From positions 12,520 through 38,155 of the forward strand of contig CAYLVC010000001.1 in the NCBI GenBank assembly GCA_964387005.1: a DNA stretch of 25,636 bases, written 5' to 3'. Of this stretch, positions 24,712-25,636 are shown in pieces. Under the pieces are notes generated by a model that did no database searches, was not told where the DNA came from, and saw only the letters and a list, made by a program, of their open reading frames with translations. Each line of letters begins with the position of its first letter. Within the stretch, counting starts at the first letter, position 1. The DNA comes from an uncultured Dehalococcoidales bacterium (GTDB lineage Bacteria > Chloroflexota > Dehalococcoidia > Dehalococcoidales > UBA3254). The position numbers and the translations under genes are program-made.

Positions 24712-25323
24712 TTACATCCGGGATGGAATGCAGGGAATGTACAACCGGCCGGTACGCACCCTGTTCCTTCTCCCCAGCCTCTTTAGTTCGCTGCGAAAAA
24801 TAGCCAGCTTTTCTTTGCTCCAGGCCTTCCAGTCCTGCGGCGTACCTGTTCCGCCGGTATTGACCCGGTTGATGGTGAAGGCAGCCATGGCCTCTGCGGC
24901 ATAGCCGCAGGCCCCGCAGGCCACCAGGTCTTCATACTGTTCCGGTATCGTCGATGAAACGGCGCCCAGGTCATGGAGCTTGCCGTAATATATGCTGCAG
25001 ACGGAACCGTCAGGTATATCATCATCCGGCAGAGTGATAATATCCCCCCAGAGCGAAAACCGGCGGAAGCAGGGCGGAAACCGCCCGGCCGGGTACTCAA
25101 CCACTTCAATCATCACCCGTCCGGCCAGCTCCGAGATATCTATTTCTCGTGAGCCGCTAACCGTATCCACCGCTGCTTTCAGCTCCTGCGGAAGGGCCTC
25201 CGAGAATTCTTTTACTGACCGGGCGATATAGCGTTCCAGGTCTTCATCCGCCCAGCGGTAAGATGAAGCGTCTTCATCCTGCAAGTCCCTGCGAACCAGG
25301 GCCAGCATTTCTGCTAAATTCAT
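24712..25323 (-). CDS. Hypothetical protein resembling phage head-tail adaptor (neck) proteins
   Basis: Strong RBS AAAGGAGG. N-terminal helix-rich VRRDLQD...YRWADEDLERYI, beta-rich middle, and IPEQYEDLVACGA...AEA followed by a basic C-terminal helix. This layout is recalled from adaptor-type phage proteins and is not verified by search. Confidence 0.6.
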   Translation of the reverse strand: MNLAEMLALVRRDLQDEDASSYRWADEDLERYIARSVKEFSEALPQELKAAVDTVSGSREIDISELAGRVMIEVVEYPAGRFPPCFRRFSLWGDIITLPDDDIPDGSVCSIYYGKLHDLGAVSSTIPEQYEDLVACGACGYAAEAMAAFTINRVNTGGTGTPQDWKAWSKEKLAIFRSELKRLGRRNRVRTGRLYIPCIPSRM

Positions 25324-25456
25324 GATGTTCCTCCTTTAAGCTTTGATTTTCAAGTTGCAGGTTTTATGTTTGGGGAAAGGGAGAAGGTTAAGGGTTACTC
25401 CTTTGACGAAACAGCTTGCTAAAATAGAAGTTTAGTGATGGTGCTCGTTCTCAATT

Positions 25457-25495
25457 CGTCATTGCGAGGCATCTGAGACCCCTCCGAAGCAATCC
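25457..25495 (+). repeat. CGTC-tagged REP-like element (GTCATTGCGAG...CGAAGCAATC family)
   Basis: CGTC-ATTGC-gaggcatctgagacccctccgaa-GCAAT-CC. Confidence 0.65.
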
Positions 25496-25636
25496 AAAAC
25501 CACTTTTCGATACACTGGCTGCTAACAAAACATAAGCCGTGAAAAGATTTCAGGCGGTAGCTGAAGGTCATGCTTCTCCATAGGCCTCAGATTACTACGA
25601 AAGTAATCAATATTTTTGGAGTCGACGTCCGGGTCA

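Noticed and set aside
1-25636. CRISPR array, rRNA, tRNA, transposase, integrase/att site
   Set aside because: No regularly spaced repeats, RNA-gene signatures or recombinase ORFs were found by eye.

Overview
Bacterial chromosomal window of roughly 50% GC. Gene content and sequence style suggest Dehalococcoidia (Chloroflexota); this is an inference, not a database result. It is mostly housekeeping and metabolic. The + strand opens with an hdrA(5'-truncated)-mvhD-metV-metF operon (Hdr-linked methylene-THF reductase). The - strand then carries carB with an 83-aa upstream ORF, an MmgE/PrpD protein, a short DAK2/FakA-like protein and an M20 deacylase. Two tandem paralogous pseudo-receiver/receiver proteins and a small coiled-coil ORF follow on +. 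The rest is on -: a U32 protein plus SDR, an orphan cheC-cheD-cheY trio, a large 2-hydroxyacyl-CoA dehydratase/activase fusion and a solitary phage-neck-like gene. Intergenic DNA holds an unexplained 83-nt structured-RNA candidate (11966-12048), GTAG- and CGTC-type REP-like elements, decayed antitoxin and MFS gene remnants, several sigma70 promoters and a repeated 17-bp motif. There is no rRNA, tRNA, CRISPR array or transposase. The best candidates for something undescribed are the kinase-less, output-less signalling cluster (13495-15464 plus cheCDY), the 83-nt RNA and the orphan phage-like gene. None can be confirmed as novel without searches.
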